From positions 421,285 to 485,284 of the forward strand of contig CAXXWX010000015.1 of the NCBI GenBank assembly GCA_963675745.2: a stretch of 64,000 bases of DNA, written 5' to 3'. Below are positions 9,291 to 19,817 of the stretch, piece by piece. Within the stretch, counting starts at the first letter, position 1, and each line of letters starts with the position of its first letter. The DNA is from Phycisphaerae bacterium (lineage in GTDB: Bacteria > Planctomycetota > Phycisphaerae > UBA1845 > Fen-1342). The notes under the pieces were generated by a model. It made no database searches, was not told the DNA's origin, and was given only the letters and a program-made list of their open reading frames with translations. Position numbers and translations under genes: made by a program.

Positions 9291-11631
9291 ATGCGCTATC
9301 TGGCGGCAGCAATCGTGTTTCTGATGTGCGCGGGACCGGCGACGGCCGGCGAGGGGCCGTTGACCGACGAGCAGCGCGCCGAACTCTCACGCCACTTCGG
9401 CTTCGGCGAGCTCGAGATCTACAAGTTCGAGTACGGCGTCGGCCGCATGCGCCTGGCCGACCTGAACAGCGACGGCCGCACCGACATCATCGCGTGGAAT
9501 CCGCGCAAGGCACGCATCGAGTTGCTCTATCAGCCCGACGCCGACAAACAGCCCGCCGCCGACCGGCAGGAGCTCGAACAAAACGAAATCCCCAATCGCG
9601 GAAACCTGCGCATCGAGCATCTCCCGGTCGCCTATGACATCGCCACCCTTGAAGTGGCCGACCTGACCGGCGACAAGCTGCCCGATATCGTCTTCTTCGG
9701 CGAGCCCAAGGAAGTTGTGATTATGCCCGGGATGGCGGGTGGCGGGTTCGGCGCGGCGGATGGCCTGCGGGCGCCGGACGGCGACGCGCGCGGCGGCACG
9801 CTGGCCATCGGCGACTTCAACCACGACGGCCGCAACGATGTCGCGCTGCTCGGCCCGAAAGTGCTTCAGATCTTCCACCAGAAAGCGGGCGGCGGACTGG
9901 CCCAGCCCGTTCGCATCGTACACAACATCGAACAGCCGATCATCATGATAGCGGCGGACGTCAACGGCGACGGCCGCGACGACCTGGCCATCTCGACCGA
10001 CGATCGCCAATACGCCATCAACGTCATCCTCCAGGAGCCCGACGGTGTGCTGGGCCCGCTGCGGCGCATCAAAGTTCCCAACGTGCGCAGCATGACATTC
10101 GCGCCGGCGGCGGGTGGCGACGACCTGTTCGCCGTCGAAACCACCACCGGGCGCCTGATCCACTATCGCTGGGAGGCACCCGCCGAAACCGCCACCGAAT
10201 CTGACTGGGCCGCTCTATCTCTACTCCTACCCGGTCGAGAGCAAGAGTGAACGCCGTCCGCTTGCAACCGGCGACGTGGATGGTGACGGCCTGCTGGGAC
10301 GTGGGTAGCGGTCGATTCCGATGCCGCCCGCCTGGTGCTGTTCAAACAGACGAAACACGGCCTGCAAACCGGCGTCGACTTCCCCGCGCTGATGAAGACC
10401 GTTGATCTGCAAGTGGTCGATGTCGACGGTGATGGGCGCGCCGAGGTGCTCAGCGTCAGCGCGGAAGAGAAAGTGCTGGGCCTGTCGCGCTTCGCGGACG
10501 GGCGCCTGGCCTTTCCGACGCCACTGCCGATCCTCGGTGATCCGCTGGCGGCGACCATCGGTGAGCTGGTGCCGGGAGCGGGAGCGCGGCTGGTTTGCCT
10601 GGTGCGCACCGAGGAAGATGAGGTGCGCGAGAAGCTGCTGGAAGGCGCAGATGACGACGATGCGGAAGCGTTCCTCTGTGTCAGCGACCCCAGCGGCGCC
10701 ACGCGGCACACCATCACGCCCATCGAGGAGTTGGAAGAGGAACCGACCGGGCTGCGCATCGCCGACGTGAACCAGGATGGTCGCGCGGACGTGCTGCTGT
10801 TTTACCCGTTCTCCGCTTTGGGCGTGTTTCTGCAAACGCCCGAGGGGGGAGTTTGCCCAGTTCGCAGGCGCCGACAAGCGCGACGGGCTGGTCGAAGACG
10901 CCAAGCTGGCCGGCTATGTGCTGAGCGATGTGACCGGCGACGGCAAGCCCGAGTTGATCCTCACGCTGAAGAACATGGCGCGGGCCCTGGCGGTGCGCGA
11001 TGGAAAATGGGTCGTCGTTGACCAGTACAACCCGGAATCGTCGGCGGCCATGCTGACCGGCATCGCGGCGGTCGAAGACCAGCCGGGCAGCCCCACGCTT
11101 GTCATGTACGACAAGCAGGACAATGAGCTGGTGGTCTTCAAGAGGCGGAGCGACAAGACCTACGCGGCCGCCAGAACGCAACCGGTCGGCGTATTCGAGT
11201 TGAGCGGCATGTTCGCCGGCGCAATCGGGGGGGGCGGGAAAGGCGCCTTGCTGCTGGCCGACGCCAAGGTGCTGGCGATGTTACGGCCGGGCGAGACGCC
11301 TCTGTCGTTCGTCCAGCGGCATGCCTATGAGACCGACACGAAGCGCGGCTGGCTGGCGGATGCGGCGGTCGGCGACGTAAACGCCGACGGTGTTCGTGAT
11401 ATCGTCGCGGCCGACACGCGCAAAGCGAACCTCGAAGTGCTGACCACACTGCCGAGCGGCGCATTCGATCGCGCGTTACGCTTCCAGGTCTTTCAGGGCA
11501 AACGGTTCTCCGACGAACCAGATCGCGGCGGCGACCCGCGCGAGATTCTGGTCGGCGACGTGACCGGCGACCGGCACGACGACATTGTCGTCATCGCCCA
11601 CGACCGCGTTATCGTCTATCCGGGGCAATAG
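9291..11631 (+). CDS. Secreted FG-GAP/VCBS repeat protein, interrupted by several single-base indels
   Basis: SD caggag, signal peptide MRYLAAAIVFLMCAGPATA, many (A/G)D(L/V/F)(N/T/D)GDGxxD repeats continuing across ORFs 9066..10250, 10335..11021 and 10777..11631. Confidence 0.8.
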
Positions 11632-11791
11632 AGCGGTTACAACGGCTGCGTAGCGGGACGCGGCCCCCGCACCGCATCCAATCCGGCCGGTATGCGCCGA
11701 CAGCACTGTAGCGGCCCGCGCCCCCCAGGCCGTCGGTGTAAGACGGCGCCCCCGCTGTACCCGCGCCCGACGCGCGGCTATAGTCCCCGCG

Positions 11792-12724
11792 ATGCCCAAC
11801 CACCTGCTGGGACAATTCTGTGCACTTATGGCCGCGCTGACCTGGGCCGCCGCGCTCGTGCTATTCAAAAAGAGCGGCGAGTCGGTCGCGCCGCTTGCGC
11901 TCAACCTGTTCAAAAGCGTCGCCGCCCTGATGATGTTCGCCGTCACACTGGCGGTCATGCCGGGCCTGGCGGCGTTGGGTCTGCTGGCGCCGTGTCCCCC
12001 GGTGCTCGGCGTGATGACCGCGGGGGAGTGGTGGACACTCGCGTTGAGCGCGGTCGTCGGCATCGCCGTGGCCGACACTCTCTTCTTCTGGGCGCTTAAC
12101 CGCATCGGCGTCGGCATTATTGTGGTCGTGGACTGTCTCTACAGCCCGGCGACGATCTTCTTCGCCTGGCTGTTGTTGCGCGAGCATCTGCTGCCGGTGG
12201 ATTACGTTGGCGGCGGACTGGTGCTGATCGGCGTGTTTATCTCAACACGCCACACGCCCCCCCCGGGCCGCACACGGGGTGAGATCGTCGCGGGAGTCGG
12301 CGTCGGTGGGTTGGCGATGGTCTGCATGGGCTACGGAATCGTAATCGCCAAGCCCGTGATTGAGCGCTATGACGTCTTCTGGATTACCGCCATCCGCCTG
12401 CTGATCGGGACAGCCGCCCTGGCCCTGTTTGTGATGGCCTCTCCCCGGCGCAAGCTCGTATGGGCGGCATTCAAACCGGCGCGCGTCTGGCGCCAGAGCC
12501 TGCCGGCTTCGTTCCTGGGCAACTACCTGGCCCTGACATTCTGGGTCGCGGGGTTCAAGTACACGACGGCCACGGCGGCGGCGATTCTGAACCAGATGTC
12601 CGTCATCTTCGCAGTCGCGCTGGCTTATATCTTCCTCAAGGAGCGGCTTGACCGGAAGAAGGTCATATCGCTGGTACTGGCCTGCGTAGGCGCGCTGGTA
12701 ATCCTGACGGCCAAACGAGCATAA
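11792..12724 (+). CDS. DMT/EamA family transporter
   Basis: About 10 TM helices in two repeats, motifs ALMAALTWA and LAYIFLKERL. Confidence 0.85.
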   Translation: MPNHLLGQFCALMAALTWAAALVLFKKSGESVAPLALNLFKSVAALMMFAVTLAVMPGLAALGLLAPCPPVLGVMTAGEWWTLALSAVVGIAVADTLFFWALNRIGVGIIVVVDCLYSPATIFFAWLLLREHLLPVDYVGGGLVLIGVFISTRHTPPPGRTRGEIVAGVGVGGLAMVCMGYGIVIAKPVIERYDVFWITAIRLLIGTAALALFVMASPRRKLVWAAFKPARVWRQSLPASFLGNYLALTFWVAGFKYTTATAAAILNQMSVIFAVALAYIFLKERLDRKKVISLVLACVGALVILTAKRA

Positions 12725-12728
12725 AACA

Positions 12729-12830
12729 GGAAGTAAGAAGTCAGAAGTAAGAAGTCAGAGACACGCTCACGAATGCGGATTGTGCGGCGATGGCGCGTTT
12801 CTGACTTCTAACTTCTTACTTCTGACTTCC
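12729..12830. repeat. Inverted pair of AGAAGTN heptamer arrays
   Basis: gaagtaagaagtcagaagtaagaagtcagagacacgc ... gcgcgtttctgacttctaacttcttacttctgacttc. Confidence 0.85.
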
Positions 12831-13630
12831 GTCAACGCTTCTACCACGTTCAGCCCGTCGCGCAATGCGCGCACGTCGTGTGTGCGGATGTAGTCGGCGC
12901 CCTGCTGCGCCGCCCACAGTTCGACCGCCAGGGTCCCGGCGGCCCGTTCGGACACTGGTCGCGGCTCCTCGGAACCGCCGATGACAGCGCCGACAAAAGA
13001 CTTGCGCGACGCCGATACGCAAATCGGCAACCCGAGCGTTTTCAGTTGATCCAGTCCGCGCAGCACCGCCAGGCTGGCTTCCGCGTTTGACCCGATGAAA
13101 TAGCCCAGCCCGGGATCGAGGATAATCTGCTCGCGATGCACACCGCCCGCGGCAAGCGCGCTCAAACGCCGCTCGAAGAACCGCATGATCCGCTCGACAA
13201 TTGTCGCTGGATCGGTGACCAGGCGTTCCGCGTGCGCGTCGCCGGACGTGGAGTGCATCAGGATCAGCCGGGCTCTGGAGTCCGCGACGACCTTGATGGT
13301 CTCCGAATCGCGCGCCCCGGTAATGTCGTTGACGATGTCCGCCCCGAGCGACAGTGCCGCACGCATGACCAGCGGCCGGTACGTGTCGATCGAAACACAC
13401 ACGTCGCGCGCCTTCAACGCGCGAATGGTGCTGGACACGCGCGCAATCTCGGTTTCTTCCGAGACGCGCTCGGCGTCGGGATGGCTGGATTCGGCGCCGA
13501 TGTCGATGACGTCCGCACCATCGGAAACAAGCCGCAGCGCATGATCGATGGCGCGGTCGGGGTCCAGGTAGCGACCGCCGTCGGAAAAGGAATCGCGCGT
13601 GATGTTAACGATGCCAAGAATCCGAGTCAT
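12767..13630 (-). CDS. folP: Dihydropteroate synthase, Sul-like
   Basis: GIVNITRDSFSDGG, VIDIGAESSHPDA, VNDITG, LILMHS, ILDPGLGYFIG, SRKSF, YIRTHDV. Confidence 0.92.
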   Translation of the reverse strand: MTRILGIVNITRDSFSDGGRYLDPDRAIDHALRLVSDGADVIDIGAESSHPDAERVSEETEIARVSSTIRALKARDVCVSIDTYRPLVMRAALSLGADIVNDITGARDSETIKVVADSRARLILMHSTSGDAHAERLVTDPATIVERIMRFFERRLSALAAGGVHREQIILDPGLGYFIGSNAEASLAVLRGLDQLKTLGLPICVSASRKSFVGAVIGGSEEPRPVSERAAGTLAVELWAAQQGADYIRTHDVRALRDGLNVVEALTEVRSKKLEVRNAPSPHNPHS

Positions 13631-13648
13631 GCCGAACCTCAGAAGCAG

Positions 13649-13763
13649 GAAGGTTAGAAGTTAGAAGTTAGAGGTTAGAGGTTAGAGGTTAGAAGCGCGC
13701 CTCTGGATGCGACCTGGGCCACGTCAGCGCGTTTCTTACTTCTTACTTCTAACTTCTGACTTC
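13649..13763. repeat. Inverted pair of AGA(A/G)GTT heptamer arrays
   Basis: (ggttaga/agttaga)6-agcgcgc ... gcgcgtttcttacttcttacttctaacttctgacttc. Confidence 0.85.
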
Positions 13764-14856
13764 ATCGCACCAGCCCTTTCTCCATCTCGCGGGTACGCAC
13801 GCCGCGCAGGGACATAGTAAGCGCTTCCCGATGCGTTGCCAGCTTCAGCGTTTCGTCGGCGGAGATGCGTTTGGCGCGGCAGAGCCACTCGAGATGCTGG
13901 TCGAACGTCTGCATACCCAGGTCGCCGTTCATGACGGCCTGCGGGATCGCGGTGACGCGGTTCTCCATGATCAGTTTCCGAACGGTCCCGGTGCCGCGCA
14001 TGATCTCGCAGACCGGCACGCGCCCCCCTTCGCGCGCATTGGCGAGCTGCATGGCGATAACGGCCTCGATGTTGAGCGCCAACTGGGTCAGCAGCAGGTT
14101 GTGTTGCGCCGGGTCGAACATCGCGATGATGCGCTCGACGGTCTGCTGCACGTTGGTGGCGTGAACGGTGGCGAAGACCAGGTGTCCCGTATCCGCCGCC
14201 CGCAGGGCCACGCGCATGCTGGCCAGGTCGCGCATCTCGCCGACCATCAGAACATCGGGGTCTTGTCGCAACACATGGCGAATCGCGTCTTCGTAGCTGC
14301 GCGTATCACGCCCGACCTCGATCTGGGCTACAAGCGAGCGGGCACTGTGGTGAATGAACTCGATCGGGTCCTCGATGGTGATGATCCGCCTGTCGAAGTT
14401 CTGGTTGATATAACCCAGCATGGCCGCGATCGTCGTACTCTTGCCGCTCGAGGTGGTCCCGGTGACGAGCACCAGCCCGCGGCGCGTGCCGGCGATGTCG
14501 CGCATGATCGGCGGCAGATTCAGCTCCTCAAACGTGGGTATCTCGGCGTGTACGCGGCGCAACGCCAGCGCCGGCGTGTCGAGCTGGTAAAACACGTTGG
14601 CGCGAAAGCGGGCGTCCTCGGAGAAACTGTACGACAGATCACAACTGCCCTCGCGATTCAGCAAAGTGCGGCTGAGCTCGTCGAGCACTTCGTCCGCCAT
14701 CCGGAGCAGATCCTCCCGCGTCAGTGGTGGGCAGTCCACGGCGCGCACCTTGCCGTCAACGCGCAGCATGGGAGGCGCGCCGTGTTGCACGTGGACATCG
14801 GATGCGTTCACCCGGATCGCCGTCTCCAACAGTCGCCGCAATTCCAGGCCGGCCAT
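13762..14856 (-). CDS. pilT: PilT/PilU family type IV pilus ATPase
   Basis: ASDVH, RFRANVF, GTTSSGKSTT Walker A, TIEDPIE, LRQDPDVLMVGEMRD, DTGHLVFATVH, GMQTFDQHL. Confidence 0.85.
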   Translation of the reverse strand: MAGLELRRLLETAIRVNASDVHVQHGAPPMLRVDGKVRAVDCPPLTREDLLRMADEVLDELSRTLLNREGSCDLSYSFSEDARFRANVFYQLDTPALALRRVHAEIPTFEELNLPPIMRDIAGTRRGLVLVTGTTSSGKSTTIAAMLGYINQNFDRRIITIEDPIEFIHHSARSLVAQIEVGRDTRSYEDAIRHVLRQDPDVLMVGEMRDLASMRVALRAADTGHLVFATVHATNVQQTVERIIAMFDPAQHNLLLTQLALNIEAVIAMQLANAREGGRVPVCEIMRGTGTVRKLIMENRVTAIPQAVMNGDLGMQTFDQHLEWLCRAKRISADETLKLATHREALTMSLRGVRTREMEKGLVR

Positions 14857-15009
14857 CTCAATCTCCGTTTACCATGTGTCCACGTCTATCTTAGTAGTTA
14901 ATTTATTAACAGCAAGCCCGCTCTCCCCAGGCATCCGCATTGTCGCGCTCGTCGGCCGGCGGTAGGCTGTCACGCGCGGTGCCAACATCGTACCGGCGCG
15001 CGAGGGTGT

Positions 15010-15897
15010 ATGGACCGGAATGCCGCGTACTTACGCCGTATTACCGATGACCAGGGCTGCATCGCTGGAGATCTGGTCTGTCGCCGATGCGCATATAACC
15101 TGCGGGGATTGCCGGGCGGCGGGCGCTGCCCCGAGTGCGGGTTGCCGGTCGGGCGCTCGGCTTGGGGCGATATGCTGCGGTACTCCGACCCGGCCTGGGT
15201 GGAGAAGCTCCAGCACGGCCTGCTGCTGGCCCTCTGCGGACTGTTGTGCCGCGTGGCCGTGGCGCTCATGGCGAGGCTCGCGGCAACCGGCGCTGACGCG
15301 CCGGTTCTCATGGCACTGCTGGACCTCGGCGCGACCATGGTGGGGTACTACGGCGTGTGGCGTTTGACCACACGCGATCCAAGCGGGATCGGCGAAGATC
15401 AGTACGGGCGTACGCGCCGCTTCATCCGGTTTGCGCTCGTGGTCGCACTGGTGCTCGACATTGGCGCTGCGATGACAACGGTGATGGTTGCATTGCCCGT
15501 TGCCCTGCTGGCCGGCCCGCCGATCGCCGTCATCCTGACCACCCTGCTGGACGTTGCCGCGTTGCTGGCGACCTTGAGCTACCTTGAGAAACTCGCCAGG
15601 CGCGTGCCCGACGACGACCTGGCCGACCGCGCGCAAGTCCTGCTATGGGCGCTGGTGGTGTTGTTGGTGACTGGAGTGATCGGGGTTCTGCTGATCGCGT
15701 TTACGCAGAGCGGCGCCGTCGATGGCGCCGGGATCGTGGCTGGAGTACTCGCGGCCGCGAGCTGCGCGGGTGTCTTCCTGCTGCTGCTGTTTGCGGGCAT
15801 GCTGTTGGCCCTGCTTCTCCAACTTCAGCAGTGCCTCCGCGAGCAGGCCGAGTTGGCCCGTGCCACATGGGCCGCCGACATTGACGACGAGTTTTGA
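15010..15897 (+). CDS. Zn-ribbon (CRRCAYNLRGL..CPECG) multi-TM membrane protein
   Basis: N-terminal 2xCxxC, then DPAW, TxRDP and RVPD motifs with about 6 TM. Paralog of 16148..17068. Confidence 0.75.
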   Translation: MDRNAAYLRRITDDQGCIAGDLVCRRCAYNLRGLPGGGRCPECGLPVGRSAWGDMLRYSDPAWVEKLQHGLLLALCGLLCRVAVALMARLAATGADAPVLMALLDLGATMVGYYGVWRLTTRDPSGIGEDQYGRTRRFIRFALVVALVLDIGAAMTTVMVALPVALLAGPPIAVILTTLLDVAALLATLSYLEKLARRVPDDDLADRAQVLLWALVVLLVTGVIGVLLIAFTQSGAVDGAGIVAGVLAAASCAGVFLLLLFAGMLLALLLQLQQCLREQAELARATWAADIDDEF

Positions 15898-15963
15898 GCG
15901 CGGCGCAGCACGGCGTAATTGTCGAGGAGCTGATGTGCGCGCTGTGATCCGCGGGAAAGAACC

Positions 15964-16044
15964 TGTAACGGCCTGCGCCTCGCAGGCCGCCGGGCGCAGA
16001 TGCCCTCTCCGGTCCTCCACGGCCTGCGTGGCACAGGCCGCTGC
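15964..16044. repeat. GTAA-type REPIN (inverted REP pair)
   Basis: tgtaacggcctgcgcctcgcaggccg ... cggcctgcgtggcacaggccgctgc. Confidence 0.8.
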
Positions 16045-16147
16045 CGCTGCACCGGTGGCCGTTTCGCGTCGTCGCCCCTTTTCGCCGCTGCCGCTGCCGC
16101 GTACTGTGTTTGAAGTCGTTTCGCGCTGAACCCCGTGGGGCACCGTT

Positions 16148-17068
16148 GTGGAAACACCGCCGGCCGAACTCGAAAGCGTCCTTGACGAACAGGGGTGCCT
16201 GAACGTCGATGTGCCGTGCCGGGCCTGCGGGTACAACTTGCGCGGATTGCCGTGGAGCGGCCACTGCCCCGAGTGCGGCCTGCCCGTGGGGCGCTCGACG
16301 TATGGCGACCTGCTCCAATTCTGCGACCCGGCGTGGCTCGAACGGCTCAGGCGCGGCGTGACAGTAATTCTGTGGGGCGCGCTGGCGTTGGTTCTAGCCC
16401 TTGTCGTTGGTCGCGTCTTGGCGATCACTCTGCGCCTTCCGATCATCTACCCGCTGGTGACGTTGGGCGCGTCAATCCTCACGCTTTACGGCACCTGGCT
16501 CGTAACCGAGCCCGATCCGAGCGGACTGGGCGAGCGCGAGTACGGAACTCTGCGCCGTCTCGCAAGGGCCGCGCTGCTAATCGGCTTACTTGGCACGCTG
16601 GCGATGACCGCGCTGACAATTGCGCTGCACCCGGCGGTTATCTTAGGCCTCGTTTGCGTGAATACGCTGGGCGGGATCGGCGGCGCTATCGGCGAGTACG
16701 CCAAGTTCTTCTATCTTTCCAAGCTGGCTGTGAGAATCCCCGATCCGGCATTGTCGCGACGAGCCGCGATGCTGCGCTTCGGAGTCGGCATCCCCATGCT
16801 GATCGATGCCCTGCTCGTCGGGCTGGCGATGTTTGTGGCGTATATCCTCACAGGGACCACACCGGGCGCCACCGGTTTGGTGCCGTGCCTGGTTCTCCCC
16901 GTGCGCGCCGTCACGCTGGTGTTCTGGATTATCTCGCTGGTGCTGCTTTTCCAGCTCCGAAGCCGCTTCAGAGACCTCCACCTCTTCGCCAGCGAGTTCT
17001 GGAGCCGGGATTCAGGAGACGATCCGCCCGCCAACCCGCTGCGGCCCTCAGACGCGCCTTGGTCCTGA
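16148..17068 (+). CDS. Zn-ribbon (CRACGYNLRGL..CPECG) multi-TM membrane protein
   Basis: Shares DxQGC..CPECGLPVGRSxxGD.L...DPAW, DPSG.GE..YG and R.PD with the upstream paralog. Confidence 0.75.
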   Translation: METPPAELESVLDEQGCLNVDVPCRACGYNLRGLPWSGHCPECGLPVGRSTYGDLLQFCDPAWLERLRRGVTVILWGALALVLALVVGRVLAITLRLPIIYPLVTLGASILTLYGTWLVTEPDPSGLGEREYGTLRRLARAALLIGLLGTLAMTALTIALHPAVILGLVCVNTLGGIGGAIGEYAKFFYLSKLAVRIPDPALSRRAAMLRFGVGIPMLIDALLVGLAMFVAYILTGTTPGATGLVPCLVLPVRAVTLVFWIISLVLLFQLRSRFRDLHLFASEFWSRDSGDDPPANPLRPSDAPWS

Positions 17069-17083
17069 CCGATACATAAACGT

Positions 17084-19756
17084 GTGATGCTGGGATTTCG
17101 GTACGCGCACATTATCGGGCGAATCGTGGCTGTGGCCGCCACAACCGCCGCGCTGGCGGGTGGCACTGCGCTGGGCGAGCCATGGTCCGGCATCGAGACG
17201 CCAACGCAGCATTTCAAACGCGTCAGGCTCTTTGATTTCAACGAGCCGGACAATTATTACGACGTCCCCATGCACTGGACGCGGTTCACCGGGGATGGTT
17301 GGCCCGAATACGCCGAGGGTGTGTTCGACAACGAGGTCGGACACGATGCGCCGCCTTCGTTCCGCTTGAGCACGGCGATGGAAAACGTCGCGCTCGAATA
17401 CAACCACCCCGATCTGGGTGTGATTCCCGGCGCCGACTACCTGATCGTCGGTTACATTCGCGCCGAGCGCGTCCGCCACGCGCGCGCGTTTCTCTCCGCC
17501 CATTTCGTCAATCGCTTCGGCGATACGCTCGAAGCGAGCATGCGCGTCAGCCAGTTGATTCAATCGACCGGCAATGAGGCCGAGCCCTGGCAACGCGTCG
17601 AGATCCTGCTCACCGGCATCTATCCCGAAGCTGACTCCCTCCGCCTGCGCGCCATGCTCGTGCAGCGTTACGTGTGGCGCGATGCCGACGAGACGGAAGT
17701 GGACCCGGTTATCCAGCAGGATATCCGCCCGGCGGCGTGGTTCGACGATATCGCCGTCTATCGATTGCCGCGCGTCGAGCTGGCGTTTTCCAACCCAGGA
17801 AACGTCATGACGCGGGGCGAGGTGGCGGATCTGATTGCCAACGTACACAACGCCACCGATCAACCGCTGAGTGCGACGCTGCTGATCGGCAACGCCTCCG
17901 GTGAGTTCGTCCACCGTGAGAGTTTTACGATACCGCCGCAGTCCGTGACGCCACAACGTGTGATTGTCCCGCGATTGCCGGTCGGCTTGTACGACGCCCG
18001 GCTGGTGCTGTCCAACGGCGAGCACACCTTGCTTCAACGGTACCTGCGTTTTGCGGTGCTCAACCCGATCGACGAGCGTGCGGGCGCGTCAGCCGACATG
18101 GGTGTTGACATCGGCTCGCAGCGGATCTTCGACGTCGGCGGGGCCACGCGGCTGGTGCAGGAGCTTCGTTGCGGGTTGGTCCGCGCCGGCATCCCGATGG
18201 TCGGCGCATTGGACTCGGATGAGCTGCTGGCCTACTACGACGAGCGCAGCGCCCTGCTGCGCGCGCTGACGGCCCAGCGCATCATGACCGCCGGCGTGAT
18301 CCTCGCCCCCGGCGCGGCGTACGACCAGGCCGCCGTCACATCGACACGAGAGATGCTGATCACCGAGCCGCGCTGGCGCGAGCAGTTTAATCCTGTGCTT
18401 GCCCAGCACGTGGGCGCGCTCATCTCACACTGGCAGATCGGCACCGAGGAAATCGAGCTCTCCGGCCCACGCTGCGAGCCCGAGCTGGTGGACGCGGTGC
18501 GCGAGCAGCTCGCGCAGTTTGTCTCGCTCCCGCGCATGATCGTGCCGCAAAGCGTGCTGGCCCCCCGGTCGCCGGGCGACCGCGACACGTGCTATTGGGT
18601 TCCCGGGACAGTTTCGACCGCCGCCCTGCCCCAGTACCTCGGGTTCCTGACCGAGCCGAGTGCCCGACAACGATGGCTGAAACTGGATCCGGCCGAAACC
18701 GCCGGGCTTGATCGCGGCGGGCGTCTTGCCGACCTGGCACGCCGAGTGGTTGCGGCCAAAGCGCTCGATCCCGATCGGTTGATTGTGCCGGCGCCGCTCG
18801 AGCTGTCCACGGGCAGCGGCATGCCGCTCTGGCAACCGACCGACGAGTACATTGTGCTGCGCACGCTCTTCCACCATCTCGCCGGCAAACGTGGCGTGGG
18901 CGCTATCGAGTTGCCGCATGATGGGATCATGCTGGTCTTCGCCGACGCTGCGGGCAGTTGCATGGTATTCTGGTCGCGGCGGCCCGAGATCAACGAGATT
19001 TCGCTCGATCTCTATCTCGGCGGCGAGCCGGAGTCTGTCGACCTGTGGGACAATCGCGAGCCGCTCCCGGTGCGTGACGGATGCGCGATCCTGCCGCTGA
19101 GCCCGACGCCGCGGATACTGATCAACGTTGACGCCCCGCTGACGCTGCTCCAGGCCAGCTTTCATATTGTGCCGACGTCGGTGCAGATCAACGACGTGAC
19201 GACGCAGCCGGTGCTTCACTTCCGCAATCACTATGACCAACCGCTAAGCGGAACGGTGCAACTGCACCCGCCCACCGACTGGCGTGTGGCGCCGCAGTCG
19301 TTCGACTTTGAGGTGCCCGCCGGGGGTGTGGTTGATCGCACGTTGGACCTGGAAGTCCCCAATCGGCATCTGGCGGTGCAACGCGATCTGCACGTTGCAA
19401 TAGAAACCACCGCACCGGCCGCCGCCAAGCTCGAGTTTGACGTGCCGTTCACCGTCGGCCTGCACGAACTGCAGGTAACCGCCCGCGCGCGCTGGCAGGA
19501 TGACACTCTGGTTGTCGAGCAGACCCTGCACAACGCCTCAGCCGAGCCCATAGACTTCACGGCTTTCTGCCAGGCACCACTTCGCCCGCGTGCAGATCGC
19601 GCCTTTCTCAATCTCGCGCCCGGAGAATCCCGTACGCAGACCTATGTGTTTGCCGATGCGCAGATACTCGAGCTGGCCGGCATGACGCTACACCTGGGAC
19701 TGCGCGAGAACAGGGGAAACCGCGAGTTGGACCAGCTTGTCGAAATCCCACGCTGA
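17084..19756 (+). CDS. Large secreted hypothetical protein (possible CBM-like, GH-like and Ig-like domains)
   Basis: 890-aa ORF with signal-like N-terminus. WQRVEI..AWFDDI resembles a jelly-roll end. C-terminal LSGTVQLHPPTDWRVAP is Ig/NPCBM-associated-like. Confidence 0.55.
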   Translation: MMLGFRYAHIIGRIVAVAATTAALAGGTALGEPWSGIETPTQHFKRVRLFDFNEPDNYYDVPMHWTRFTGDGWPEYAEGVFDNEVGHDAPPSFRLSTAMENVALEYNHPDLGVIPGADYLIVGYIRAERVRHARAFLSAHFVNRFGDTLEASMRVSQLIQSTGNEAEPWQRVEILLTGIYPEADSLRLRAMLVQRYVWRDADETEVDPVIQQDIRPAAWFDDIAVYRLPRVELAFSNPGNVMTRGEVADLIANVHNATDQPLSATLLIGNASGEFVHRESFTIPPQSVTPQRVIVPRLPVGLYDARLVLSNGEHTLLQRYLRFAVLNPIDERAGASADMGVDIGSQRIFDVGGATRLVQELRCGLVRAGIPMVGALDSDELLAYYDERSALLRALTAQRIMTAGVILAPGAAYDQAAVTSTREMLITEPRWREQFNPVLAQHVGALISHWQIGTEEIELSGPRCEPELVDAVREQLAQFVSLPRMIVPQSVLAPRSPGDRDTCYWVPGTVSTAALPQYLGFLTEPSARQRWLKLDPAETAGLDRGGRLADLARRVVAAKALDPDRLIVPAPLELSTGSGMPLWQPTDEYIVLRTLFHHLAGKRGVGAIELPHDGIMLVFADAAGSCMVFWSRRPEINEISLDLYLGGEPESVDLWDNREPLPVRDGCAILPLSPTPRILINVDAPLTLLQASFHIVPTSVQINDVTTQPVLHFRNHYDQPLSGTVQLHPPTDWRVAPQSFDFEVPAGGVVDRTLDLEVPNRHLAVQRDLHVAIETTAPAAAKLEFDVPFTVGLHELQVTARARWQDDTLVVEQTLHNASAEPIDFTAFCQAPLRPRADRAFLNLAPGESRTQTYVFADAQILELAGMTLHLGLRENRGNRELDQLVEIPR

Positions 19757-19817
19757 TGCGACAATGATCTGATTGGGCATCGGCGAGTGATGCGCCGGGA
19801 TTTTTCGTAGTGCGCTC

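Noticed and set aside
10844..10849. Phase-variable poly-G tract in the FG-GAP gene
   Set aside because: Only six G, and accompanied by other nearby indels. An error is the simpler explanation.
12725..13760. Class 1 integron or ISCR context for the Sul-like gene
   Set aside because: No integrase, qacE, attC-like site or transposase is visible, and composition resembles the flanking genes.
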